Assembly: GCF_001194135.2 (NCBI RefSeq)
Contig: NC_068994.1
Span: 57,477,194-57,541,193 of the forward strand
DNA from: Octopus bimaculoides
Lineage: Eukaryota
DNA: 64,000 nt
Direction of reading: 5' to 3'
The position numbers and the translations under genes were made by a program. Position 1 is the stretch's first letter. Every line of letters begins with the position of its first letter. Shown piece after piece: positions 39,906-51,807 of the stretch. The notes beneath the pieces were generated by a model. The model worked only from the letters and a program-made list of their open reading frames with translations, was not told where the DNA came from and made no database searches.

Positions 39906-40027
39906 GTGATATTTACAACATAACCGTTTCTGGAGCGTATGGGACACAAACATCCATTGCATTCTTTGCTACGAGTTACTGTGTGCTAATGTGCGCAGTG
40001 ATCAGCTGACATACATGCGTACACTTG

Positions 40028-40232
40028 TGTTGCAACCGGGACTCCATCGGTTCTAGTTGATCCGATCAACGGAATAGCCTGCACGTGAGCACTCCACAGA
40101 CACGAGTACCCTTAGTAAAGTTCTCAAGGAGATTCAGGATGACACCGAAGTGGTAAAGCAGTCCCTTTGAATTACAGGTACAACTCATTTTTGCCAGCCG
40201 TGTGGACTGCAATGCAGCAACGTGAAATAAAG
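40028..40232 (-). mobile_element. SINE family C (head missing)
   Basis: Reverse of the family C body: GTTGATCCGATCAACGGAATAGCCTGC...GGAGATTCAG...CAACTCATTTTTGCCAGC...GCAACGTGAAATAAAG. Confidence 0.8.
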
Positions 40233-40502
40233 AAATAAAATGTTCGGTTCCGAACTCACGGCCTTAAAACTGTAAACCTAACACCGAAAGCCCCAAGGCA
40301 CGAACCTCCACTACTCGTGTTGTAGGTAGACATATGTAAAGAGAAACGAGAAGAGCTAGAATGGGATTGATAGAAGAGAGAAACGATACGGATAGAAGAG
40401 TCAACGATGTGATGTGTGAATGTTTCGGCAAGATTTTGTCTTTCATACAAACTATTTACCAGTAGGAGGAAAAAGATTCGAAGGGGGTTTCATGCCATAT
40501 AT

Positions 40503-40584
<82 letters not shown>

Positions 40585-40855
40585 NNNNNNNNNNNNNNNN
40601 NNNNNNNNNNNNNNNNNNNNNNNNNNNNNNNNNNNNNNNNNNNNNNNNNNNNNNNNNNNNNNNNNNNNNNNNNNNNNNNNNNNNNNNNNNNNNNNNNNNN
40701 NNNNNNNNNNNNNNNNNNNNNNNNTATATATATATATACACACACGATATGATCATATATACGATATGATTATATATAATTATATATGTGTGTGTGTATA
40801 TATATATATGATTATATATATATAATGGTTATATATGCACATATATAAAAATTGG

Positions 40856-40894
<39 letters not shown>

Positions 40895-40939
40895 CATTAT
40901 ATACATATATATAATCATTATATACATATATATAATAAT

Positions 40940-41016
<77 letters not shown>

Positions 41017-41712
41017 GTAATAATTGCAGACCAAATTGACACGTGGCGCTATCTATAAACTCTATTTCCTGCCTTTTTCTGACATGCATAATTGACAATT
41101 TGTGCGCAGTTTTCTAACCAACAAGTTTTCTATGTGAAAATTTTGAAATTTCCTGTCAATATCCTTTTAACGTAATGATTTATATAAGTATTCTTTTGTA
41201 GACACATCTAGCTAGCTATGGTATTGCTTAAATATACGTATATTTCCTATTTATATACAATTTCATCTGAGATTGTGAGAATACCGTTGTGTGGAAGAGA
41301 AGCAATGAAACCCGGTATAAAGAGGCGCAATTGGTTGCGGTTTTTGTTTTAGTGATTGAGTAGCGAGAGATGTCAAGAGCCTACCCGATTTGATTTGTGG
41401 ACATAGTTTGGAAGCAAAAACTTATGTGCGACTGTGTATGTGTACGTGTGTGTGTGTGTGCCTGGTGTACGTTTGCGTGTGTGTCTACGTGAGTGTGTGC
41501 GCACGCGTGTACATGTGTGTTTAGATGTATGTGCATGTATGTATATGTATGTGCCTGTGTATGTTTGTGCATTTGTGCGAGTGTAAGTAGGTATGTAGGC
41601 AAATATATGTATATATGTATATATATGTATATATATGTATATATATGCATGATATATATATACATATATATACATATATATATATACATTATATATATAC
41701 ATATATATATAT

Positions 41713-41765
<53 letters not shown>

Positions 41766-42138
41766 NNNNNNNNNNNNNNNNNNNNNNNNNNNNNNNNNNN
41801 NNNNNNNNNNNNNNNNNNNNNNNNNNNNNNNNNNNNNNNNNNNNNNNNNNNNNNNNNNNNNNNNNNNNNNNNNNNNNNNNNNNNNNNNNNNNNNNNNNNN
41901 NNNNNNNNNNNNNNNNNNNNNNNNNNNNNNNNNNNNNNNNNNNNNNNNNNNNNNNNNNNNNNNNNNNNNNNNNNNNNNNNNNNNNNNNNNNNNNNNNNNN
42001 NNNNNNNNNNNNNNNNNNNNNNNNNNNNNNNNNNNNNNNNNNNNNNNNNNNNNNNNNNNNNNNNNNNNNNNNNNNNNNNNNNNNNNNNNNNNNNNNNNNN
42101 NNNNNNNNNNNNNNNNNNNNNNNNNNNNNNNNNNNNNN

Positions 42139-42178
<40 letters not shown>

Positions 42179-42399
42179 TCTAATATCGAACAGTCCGAAT
42201 GCGTGTTCAACACCGCATTGTTGGATAAATATTATATATTTGTAGTTTAATAAGTCTACCAATAGTTTTATATGATGTCATCTTCACAAATGTTCAAGCG
42301 TGCCACATGGAAGTGTTGATACTCGTCTTTATTTTAGACAGGAATACACAACGTTACACGAGTTTACACGAGATTACACGAGCTTGCCAAAGATAAGGT

Positions 42400-42910
42400 A
42401 TAACATGATTCAGAAAAAATATTATAATTTTAATCATGTATGAAAGAACATCGTTCTTAGAATTGTGAGTGGGCATTTTGAGTTAAATTCTGGTGTCCTT
42501 CAAGGACCTATGCCGTCTCCCCAACATTTTGTGTTAGTGATTGATTATGTAATGGCGGAAAAAACTGCAAGGAAGAGTTTGCGGAATATAGTTAACGTAA
42601 AAGAAGAAGCTGGTGTGCTAATCTAGATTCTGTTGTTGCCTTGGTGATGATTATAACAAAAGAAAGGCAATTAATATTGGCTACTTTAATAAGAGAGGAA
42701 AGCAATGTTGGTCTAATGAACTGTTCAAAGACAGAAATTATGAATATAATTTATGTCAACAGTCTAATTGCCGTATAGAAGGAAAAATAATAATATAAAA
42801 AAAAACTGCTGGTGACGTCAAGAACTTGGTGACTATATTTACAGGCCATGGTTGATGTGCTTTGGAGTCTGAGGAAAGAAATAGAAAAGAAGAATGAATC
42901 ATAAGCAATA
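42400..42910 (+). mobile_element. Degenerate non-LTR retrotransposon RT fragment (RTE-like)
   Basis: From 42465: VSGHFELNSGVLQGPMPSPQHFVLVIDYVM (RT motif GVxQGxxxSPxLF), then shifted LD(S)VVAL...SNVGL.MNCSKTEIM (decayed xADD and GL.IN..KT) and LGDYI. Confidence 0.75.
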
Positions 42911-42914
42911 ATGG

Positions 42915-43091
42915 TCCAGCTGAATATTGACACACACACACACCAAGGTAAAAGTTTATACGTCGATGGTATGATTAATACTATTTTGTGCCTCGATTTG
43001 GCAACAGTACTAATTTACCGGACCATAAACCCCTTGTTTTACAGACCGAAACCTTTCGTAGAGCATTTGGATACAGGTGACAAGATCTACC
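42915..43091 (+). repeat. 177-bp duplicated segment, copy 2
   Basis: See 31784-31960; exon-like unit at 43045-43076. Confidence 0.9.
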
Positions 43092-43247
43092 CACAACCTC
43101 ACTCTCCAGAATACAGCTGAAGTTTTTTGTTTATTGTTTGTATTTGTTTTCGATGTTGTTTCTTCTTTTTTTCTTTTTATTTTGTTTCCCATTGCTAAGA
43201 TATGTTGAACGAGTAATAAGGGACAGTAATATAGCAGTCTTTTTTAA

Positions 43248-43435
43248 GGCCACAAGCTAACAGAATCGTTAGCAAACCCAGCAAAATGATTAGCGGCATT
43301 TCGTTGGTCTTTAAGTTCCGAGTTCGAATTCAGTCGAGTCCGACTTTGCCTTTCATCTTTTCACAGTCGATAAAGTAAGTACCAGTTGAACAGTGGGGTC
43401 GATGGAATCGACTTACACTCTCTCCCGAAATTGCT
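43248..43435 (+). mobile_element. SINE family A
   Basis: AAGCTAACAGAATCGTTAGC...GAGTTCGAATTC...GACTTTGCCTTTCATC...AAGTACCAGTTGAACAGTGGGGTCGAT. Confidence 0.85.
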
Positions 43436-44724
43436 AAAACGTGACACCAATATTTCAGCCCTTCTTACAGTGGCATCTTACATCGTTATTATTCTACTTT
43501 CTTCCCAGCAATAATACATTCGAGAAATAGAAAAACATGACCACCACAACGGTATATATATTTTTTATTATCCTGATTGGTGACTTGTGACTAATTAGTC
43601 AAAAACTAAATCAACGTATATTACTCACGGAATCTTGTCTGTTGCTGACTGTTCGATAACTAAAACAAATTAATAATATTCCAGTTATAAAGCAATCAAA
43701 GAGTATAAATATCGATTTCTGTGAACCAGTCGCAACGATCGGTGGGAAGAAGTAGAATCGATTAAATCGAAACCAATATATTACTTGGACAGATAGATTT
43801 GTTTGATTTGTTAATCACCAGGTCAGATCTGATCGAACAAATCTATGATCAAAGACTTTCCAGCTGTTACCATGCCATATTTCTTGTATAGTTAGGAACA
43901 ACATCAAGCAATGTGTCCTTTTTAAGAGAGTAAGGAATGAGGTTACTGTTTCTTGCAGGTCGAGCGACCACGTGTTAGAGTCTTGTAAACACAGTAAATA
44001 CAAATATTTCATAATATAGATAGATATGTATTCATATATANNNNNNNNNNNNNNNNNNNNNNNNNNNNNNNNNNNNNNNNNNNNNNNNNNNNNNNNNNNN
44101 NNNNNNNNNNNNNNNNNNNNNNNNNNNNNNNNNNNNNNNNNNNNNNNNNNNNNNNNNNNNNNNNNNNNNNNNNNNNNNNNNNNNNNNNNNNNNNNNNNNN
44201 NNNNNNNNNNNNNNNNNNNNNNNNNNNNNNNNNNNNNNNNNNNNNNNNNNNNNNNNNNNNNNNNNNNNNNNNNNNNNNNNNNNNNNNNNNNNNNNNNNNN
44301 NNNNNNNNNNNNNNNNNNNNNNNNNNNNNNNNNNNNNNNNNNNNNNNNNNNNNNNNNNNNNNNNNNNNNNNNNNNNNNNNNNNNNNNNNNNNNNNNNNNN
44401 NNNNNNNNNNNNNNNNNNNNNNNNNNNNNNNNNNNNNNNNNNNNNNNNNNNNNNNNNNNNNNNNNNNNNNNNNNNNNNNNNNNNNNNNNNNNNNNNNNNN
44501 NNNNNNNNNNNNNNNNNNNNNNNNNNNNNNNNNNNNNNNNNNNNNNNNNNNNNNNNNNNNNNNNNNNNNNNNNNNNNNNNNNNNNNNNNNNNNNNNNNNN
44601 NNNNNNNNNNNNNNNNNNNNNNNNNNNNNNNNNNNNNNNNNNNNNNNNNNNNNNNNNNNNNNNNNNNNNNNNNNNNNNNNNNNNNNNNNNNNNNNNNNNN
44701 NNNNNNNNNNNNNNNNNNNNNNNN

Positions 44725-44807
<83 letters not shown>

Positions 44808-44861
44808 TGTATGTATATCTATATATATATATCTATATTCTTTAACTCTTTTTATTCTTTT

Positions 44862-45017
44862 ATTTGTTTCAGTCATTTGACTGTGGCAATGCTGGAGCAC
44901 CACCTTTAGTCGAACAAATCGACCCCGAGGCTATAGTAGAAGACACTTGCTCAAAGTGTCATGCAGGAGGACTGAACCGGAAATCATGTGGTTGGGAAGC
45001 AAGCTTCTTACCACACT
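44862..45017 (-). mobile_element. SINE family B with a large internal deletion
   Basis: tRNA head (GTGTGGTAAGAAGCTTGCTTCCCAACCAC reversed) fused directly to the 3' tail at AATCGACCCCGAGGCTATAG. Confidence 0.85.
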
Positions 45018-47347
45018 CTTGCACCTATATATACAATTGTTATATATAAGATATACCGAATACAAATCCAGCATCTCAGCCCCTGCCAGCTAGGTCAACA
45101 GTTTTCTAAATTGCAAATATATTCACCAGTCTCCGGTTAAACAGGATAGCAACTCGTTCACGTTTACATCAGCACGAAAGCTGAAACTTCGTTAGACCAT
45201 AATACATTACTTCCATTCACCCTAAAAATGACCAGGCAAACAAAATGTGTGTAATCCACGAATGCATCAAGATTTTTTTCTTTTAGCGTAGACTAAAGAG
45301 TAAGAAGATGTTGGATAAAATTGAAAGTAATACCGTAAATACTGCTACAAGATTTAATATCTTTCATGCCCAGAGAGAGTTGTTATTTCTTTTCAAACTC
45401 TGTGTTTTCTGATAATCAGGTTCCACTGACGTGAAAGTAATATCTATTAGCGATTCCACATCTGTTATTGCTAACTTCTCCTACATTACTTCAATTTGTC
45501 TTCAAGAACCACTGAAGCAACGGTTACTATAACAAATGAACATATTAGGAATTTTATCAGCTAAAGGGAAACTGATGAGTTTGAAATAAACGTTGTTCTT
45601 CGTTGTTACCAGCTGACGCGATCTCCTTGATAATGTTGTTTTTACCTCCATTTCACAAAAACAACTTTCCGCAACAATTATTTCCCTGCCCCAGGATGTT
45701 TCTTTTTCATTGTTCATAAATAAATAATTATCTTCTGCTGGAATTATTCCCATCCATGGAAATTTCGTTAAAATTCTTTTCCGATTAAAAAAAATGCTTT
45801 TTTCACCTGTTTTATTTAAGTTTATGACAAGAGAAAACATATCATTTACGTGTGTGTGTGTGTAAATGTGTTTGTCTGTATGTCTGTGTACGTGTATGTC
45901 TGTGTGTCGGTGTGCATGTATATATCTGTGTATGCATGTATATGTCTCCGTGCGTGTGTATGTGTGTGTTTCTCTATGGTGATGGGGTGGGCAACTCAAC
46001 TGCTTATAAACTTGAAGGAGCACAGTCAAAATCCATGGTGTGTCCTGGGCGTTACAAACCTGTCAAAGCCCATCCCATTCGAGTCTGATCGCATCCTATC
46101 CACAGTAAGGAACAGAGAAAGGAGAAGGAGGAGGAAGAGAGGGGAGGAGAATCGATCCCAGTTCTTGTATTTTGTTTATCGAAACTGAAAATATTGAGGA
46201 CAAATCTGTTACGGGCCGGGTTTGAAATCCGAACGTGGAAATTCATTTCTAGCCGTTTCACAATGCCAGTGGAAAAAAAACACATTGCAAGTCTACCGTA
46301 AAATTCAAAATGCACGGAAATTTTTATGCTGAAAAATATTTATGAAATAAAATGGTGATATAATCAACCGGTTTCACTTTTCTATTGTAAGATATTCATG
46401 ATTAAATCATTAGTGATGATGTTATAATTTCATGTTACCATAATTAGTTGGTGTTATTCCATGTTCATAGGAGACCAGATATTTTGTAAATATATAAATT
46501 TTCGGGGAGGTAATCACTGATTGTTATTATGAGAAACAGGGGAGGTAAGTTCTCATTTTGTGATGCTAAAGTGAATTAATCATATGTTCATTAGTTCGAT
46601 ATAAATAGACATAATTGGACTGAATTAATTGATTGAATAAAAGTGTAATCAAAATTGATATGTTCATATGCGAGGCTGATATTTTTTATTGAATTTAGTC
46701 TCTTTAATCGCACGCACACACACACACACACACACATACACACACACACTCACACACACTCACACACACATGATAATGTATTAAAATAAGATTACTATGT
46801 CATATTCGACATATTTCTGTGGACTATTTATTGCGTATTAACATTTTGCTCAAGTACAATATGTGTGTCTATGCGTATGTATATGTGTGTGCGTGTGTGT
46901 TTATGTTTGTGTGTCTGCTAATGTGTATACACGTGTGTGCGCGCGCATATTAGTTGCATTTCTAAAAGTCTACATATATTTTTGAGATTCTTTCCCATGT
47001 AGTGCTCGCACACACTCACACATACTCAGATAAACAGCTTATCTACGTGTATGTCTACATNNNNNNNNNNNNNNNNNNNNNNNNNNNNNNNNNNNNNNNN
47101 NNNNNNNNNNNNNNNNNNNNNNNNNNNNNNNNNNNNNNNNNNNNNNNNNNNNNNNNNNNNNNNNNNNNNNNNNNNNNNNNNNNNNNNNNNNNNNNNNNNN
47201 NNNNNNNNNNNNNNNNNNNNNNNNNNNNNNNNNNNNNNNNNNNNNNNNNNNNNNNNNNNNNNNNNNNNNNNNNNNNNNNNNNNNNNNNNNNNNNNNNNNN
47301 NNNNNNNNNNNNNNNNNNNNNNNNNNNNNNNNNNNNNNNNNNNNNNN

Positions 47348-47398
<51 letters not shown>

Positions 47399-47656
47399 GT
47401 TTGTGTGTATGACTGGATGGATACGTATATGCCTATATATGCATAAGTGTATTTTGTAGGTAAGAATGCATATATGTACGTATGTCTGTATGTATGTACG
47501 TACGCCTGTATGTATGTATGTAATGTATGTATGTATGTATGTATGTACGTATGAGTGTATGCTACTAAAATAGTAATATATGATCACCATTTTACCATAT
47601 ACATATGTTTCACCGTTATATTTCGTTGTGCATATTATCTTTGTTCGTCATATTAT

Positions 47657-47657
<1 letters not shown>

Positions 47658-47700
<43 letters not shown>

Positions 47701-47707
47701 TATCATT

Positions 47708-47739
<32 letters not shown>

Positions 47740-47768
47740 CATTATTATTATTATCATTATTATTATTA

Positions 47769-47816
<48 letters not shown>

Positions 47817-47840
47817 TTATCATTATTATTATTATTTACC
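47658..47840. repeat. (ATT)n/(ATC)n microsatellite
   Basis: Directly visible. Confidence 0.95.
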
Positions 47841-47895
47841 ACTATCATCATTATGGTCGCCTTCATCGTCACATACATTCCCATAGATATACAGT

Positions 47896-47926
<31 letters not shown>

Positions 47927-48694
47927 ACTAACGACGGTATCTGTGTGTTTTATTCTGCTTATTTATGGATGTATGTCTGTGTATATGTGAGTTCTCGTTA
48001 TTGAGTATTTTCCCGTTTATATATGTGTGTGTATATATGCGCGCGTGTACGATAGTGCGTGCGCATTGTTTCGTATTGCCGTCTTTTCCTAAAAGACTAT
48101 TTTCTGAAATTTGCTTCCATTGCCGTATTTACCTTTTCCTACATCATCTTGCCTCGGGCAGAGATCTTATCTCAGCAACATTTATTGTATTCTTCGATGG
48201 CACACAGGGAATTCATTCATATTTTCCATATCATTTCTATAGAACCATTAGACACAGACATACAGACAGACGTGTACCGAAACAGCTACATACACACACA
48301 CCTACACACACACACACACACACACACATGTATATATATATATATATCTATACGTAAATATTTATATATATATATATATATATATATNNNNNNNNNNNNN
48401 NNNNNNNNNNNNNNNNNNNNNNNNNNNNNNNNNNNNNNNNNNNNNNNNNNNNNNNNNNNNNNNNNNNNNNNNNNNNNNNNNNNNNNNNNNNNNNNNNNNN
48501 NNNNNNNNNNNNNNNNNNNNNNNNNNNNNNNNNNNNNNNNNNNNNNNNNNNNNNNNNNNNNNNNNNNNNNNNNNNNNNNNNNNNNNNNNNNNNNNNNNNN
48601 NNNNNNNNNNNNNNNNNNNNNNNNNNNNNNNNNNNNNNNNNNNNNNNNNNNNNNNNNNNNNNNNNNNNNNNNNNNNNNNNNTATATGTATATGT

Positions 48695-48755
48695 TGTTGG
48701 CACTCCGTCGCTTACGATGTCGAGGGTTCCAGTTGATCCGATCAACGGAACAGCC
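48695..48755 (-). mobile_element. SINE family C 3' end
   Basis: TGTTGGCACTCCGTCGCTTACGATGTCGAGGGTTCCAGTTGATCCGATCAACGGAACAGCC. Confidence 0.75.
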
Positions 48756-48859
48756 CCAACTGACCCTACTATATTGGGTAGTCGACAAAAGCAAAAAACA
48801 AACAATGTGCATGCACGAAATTAACAGTATTAAATGGCGACAATTTACCCATCGCACCT

Positions 48860-48861
<2 letters not shown>
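48756..48861 (-). mobile_element. 5' terminal fragment of the same maT/Tc1-mariner element as 51256-51932
   Basis: Aligns with about 51835-51932 (AACTGACC.TACTATA...AACAAACAATG.GCATGC...GACAATTTACC.ATCGCACCTTG) and ends at TA inside (TA)n. Confidence 0.8.
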
Positions 48862-48901
<40 letters not shown>

Positions 48902-49058
48902 TTTAACTAAATAGACATGAGCATGTCCCACTCTTAACTGATGATATTATCACTGACGTATCTCTAGAATTATTAGAATAACTAAAGACTACAGTTGGTA
49001 TTTTTCAATACAATCTAAGAAGGAATATTAAATTATTGCGATTTCGTGTTGACTGCAG

Positions 49059-49076
49059 AATTGGTAATGACATCAG
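49059..49076 (+). CDS. Candidate 18-nt symmetric microexon
   Basis: TTTCGTGTTGACTGCAG|AATTGGTAATGACATCAG|GTGAGA; open in phases 1 and 2. Splice-signal evidence only. Confidence 0.22.
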
Positions 49077-50214
49077 GTGAGAACGGAGGTGAAAGAAATG
49101 CTAAGTTTACTAACAAAAGAAAAACCATTTAAATAAGCTTTAAAATTAATGTCAAATGATAGTAATTCGTGTAAATAGCCAAGTGAATTAGTTGTTTAGT
49201 TCGCTGAATGGAAACTGAAAATACCAAGCAGTCCTATAGGCGCCGTTGCCAAAGTGGTATAAGGAAATGTTGGCAGAAAATTACATGGAATGCTCATGCT
49301 GATAATTCGACAAATTTTCCAAAGGAAGTTGAAAACAATCAATAGTAATAGTATGAAGAAGAACAAATAATAAAACAAATGAATAATAAATAACAACACA
49401 ACATATAAAATAACATTATATATTAGACATGCAGAAGATAACTAAAACTAGAAATAAACAAAAGGTCTTGACAGTTTTAGAGAAAGGAACAGGGGAATTA
49501 TTAAATTCTTTTCCAATATTGATTACTGCAGTTGTTTATCAAATGTCATCGCCAAAATGTTAGTTCTTCTATCTATTCTGGCATTCCAAATTGAGATGAA
49601 CTATTATTACGTAGAGTTGCATTTGTTAGTTGGAAAAAAAATAGACAGTGAGGGGGAAAAAACAGCTGTAAATCGATACATTAACCAAATAAGTTTTGTT
49701 TGATTGAAACTTAATTAAAATATATTTCATTCATGAACTGATGGACATAAATGTGCGTTTGTATGTGTGTGGTGGAGTGGAGTGGAGATGCGTGGAAGTT
49801 GTTTTACTTAGTATGTTTATAGTTACGTCTTTGGTTCGTATGAGTAATTCATTTAGAAAATCCAAACCAAAGAGAATGCGAGTAGACTGCAGCAGAACTT
49901 ACTACACAGCAGCTACCACACAGATCTACTTTATTGTTTTGATATAACTAAAATATTGATTTCTGTCGGAGAATTACAATACTAAATTATGTACCAGATG
50001 ATGTGGGTAGGGAATTAAACTCAACTACGATACTGATGACATTTAATCGCCCCGCCAAGCGTCGACGGATGAAAGTCAAATTTAACTGAAATGGCTTTTA
50101 AAACCGGAACCTTAGAGGTTGAACTATGTACTCTGAATGTACTCTAAATGGACTCTATCGTATACGGTCTTTTTTGTTTTTTGGCCGTTCTTAGTAAAAA
50201 CAAAACGTGAGCAC

Positions 50215-50560
50215 AGTGGCTCGACATGCCAGAAATAACAGACCCTATTCTATGTGCTTATAAAGGTATTCTACTGCATACGCTCTTTCTTTGGCCTCAA
50301 ATGGCCAAAAGGGTAGCATGTGTACTGTGGCTTCACCAGTCAGAAATAACAGACCTGAAGTATATGCTCTTAATTTCGCTTCACCCATCCAAAAGGAAAA
50401 GTGCGTACCGTGGCTCGACCTACCAGATATAGCAGTTAAGTCAGCTTAAAATTACAGTGTAATTACTGAAGAAACAACGTCCACCGATAATATACTCCTA
50501 GTTACAGTATATCTGAAAATAAGATTAGATGGCCATGAGCGGAAAGGCTTTGATTACAAA
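50215..50560 (+). repeat. Three head-to-tail partial copies of dispersed repeat family D
   Basis: GTGGCT(C/T)(G/C)AC..CCAGAAATAACAG-like starts at 50216, 50327 and 50410; the third continues into GATGGCCATGAGCGGAAAGGCTTTGAT. Confidence 0.6.
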
Positions 50561-51000
50561 TCTTCAGTGATACCATGATTGACATAGGTAAAAATCACAA
50601 GAATATTACGACTCCATCAAACTGCTATAAATACAAAATATTTCACTTCTGTGCTTCCATAAAATATATTTCTAGCATACAGTCTCTCTCTAAGATATGT
50701 CATACAAACGATAGCTTCTGGCAATGATTGAGTTCAAAAATATATAAAAACTGACAACACTAGTAATTTGTTAATTAACTCTCCAATCTTTTTTTTATTA
50801 TTTCGCGCCATAAATGGTGAACGATAGCGTAGCTCATTACTGGTTTCAAACAACCAATCACTCACAGACAAAGTAACAAGGGAGTGTTTACAACTCGAAG
50901 AAGAACAAATAACGCATCAGGTATGTTCGAAGAGCGCCATATTTATGGTTGTATATCTTATGTCTGTATGTGTTGGCGAGCGCGTGTGTGTATTTATAGA

Positions 51001-51001
51001 C

Positions 51002-51075
<74 letters not shown>

Positions 51076-51080
51076 GTACG

Positions 51081-51133
<53 letters not shown>
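51001..51133. repeat. (GATA)n microsatellite
   Basis: Directly visible; further GATA arrays at 40939-41015, 52982-53148 and 60738-60804. Confidence 0.95.
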
Positions 51134-51136
<3 letters not shown>

Positions 51137-51255
51137 TAACTGATTCTCCTGTATTTTCTTTTACCCAGAACCAGGAACTTTTAATCACCCCCTCGTTTAT
51201 AGATTATATTTTATTTTTATCTTTTACATGTTTCGGTCATTTGACTGCGGCCATA

Positions 51256-51669
51256 CTTGTTTAAGTTGGTGAATGCTGCCATAATGCTTGCCTTCAGTTC
51301 ATCTTTGGTGCTACAAGGAGTTTTGTTGGTCTCTCGCTCAAATGTGCCCCACACACAATAATCAAGGAGGTTGCAGTCTGGGGAGTTAGCTGACCAGGTG
51401 TTAAGGGTGATGTGGTCACAGAAATTGTCTGACAGCCGTGACTTGGTTCTGCTGCTTGTGTAGCACGGTGCAGTCTTGTTACTTGGCATAGGGTCTTCCA
51501 GCAGCCATCCTCTTGACCCAGGGCAGCACTACCTCCCCCAGGCACTTGATGTAGGCTTCCGTGTTGAGTCCGAGGCTGTGTGAGAAGATGAATGTAGGCA
51601 TAACGTCACCATCTCTAGTGATCACTCCAAACACCATGATGTTGACTGGATGTTTGATTTCTATCCATC
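51256..51669 (-). pseudogene. maT transposase DDD-domain C-terminal fragment (stop + frameshift)
   Basis: KHPVNIMVFGVITRDGDVMPTFIFSHSLGLNTEAYIKCLGEVVLPWVKRMAAGRPYAK*QD / APCYTSSRTKSRLSDNFCDHITLNTWSANSPDCNLLDYCVWGTFERETNKTPCSTKDELKASIMAAFTNLNK. Confidence 0.9.
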
Positions 51670-51690
51670 TCAGTACATGTCCTCAGATTA

Positions 51691-51807
51691 CACTGTCCTC
51701 AGATTGACACCCAAACACTCTGAAATGTTCGTATTGGAGCTCCCGGCGCGAATTCCAAGCAGTACAGCATGTCGTTTTAAAATTTCTGGCAGAGTGAATT
51801 GCGTCAT
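51691..51807 (-). pseudogene. maT transposase N-terminal HTH fragment
   Basis: MTQFTLPEILKRHAVLLGIRAGSSNTNISECLGVNLRTV then TAA (51688-51690); typical paired-like HTH start of Tc1/mariner transposases. Confidence 0.75.
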
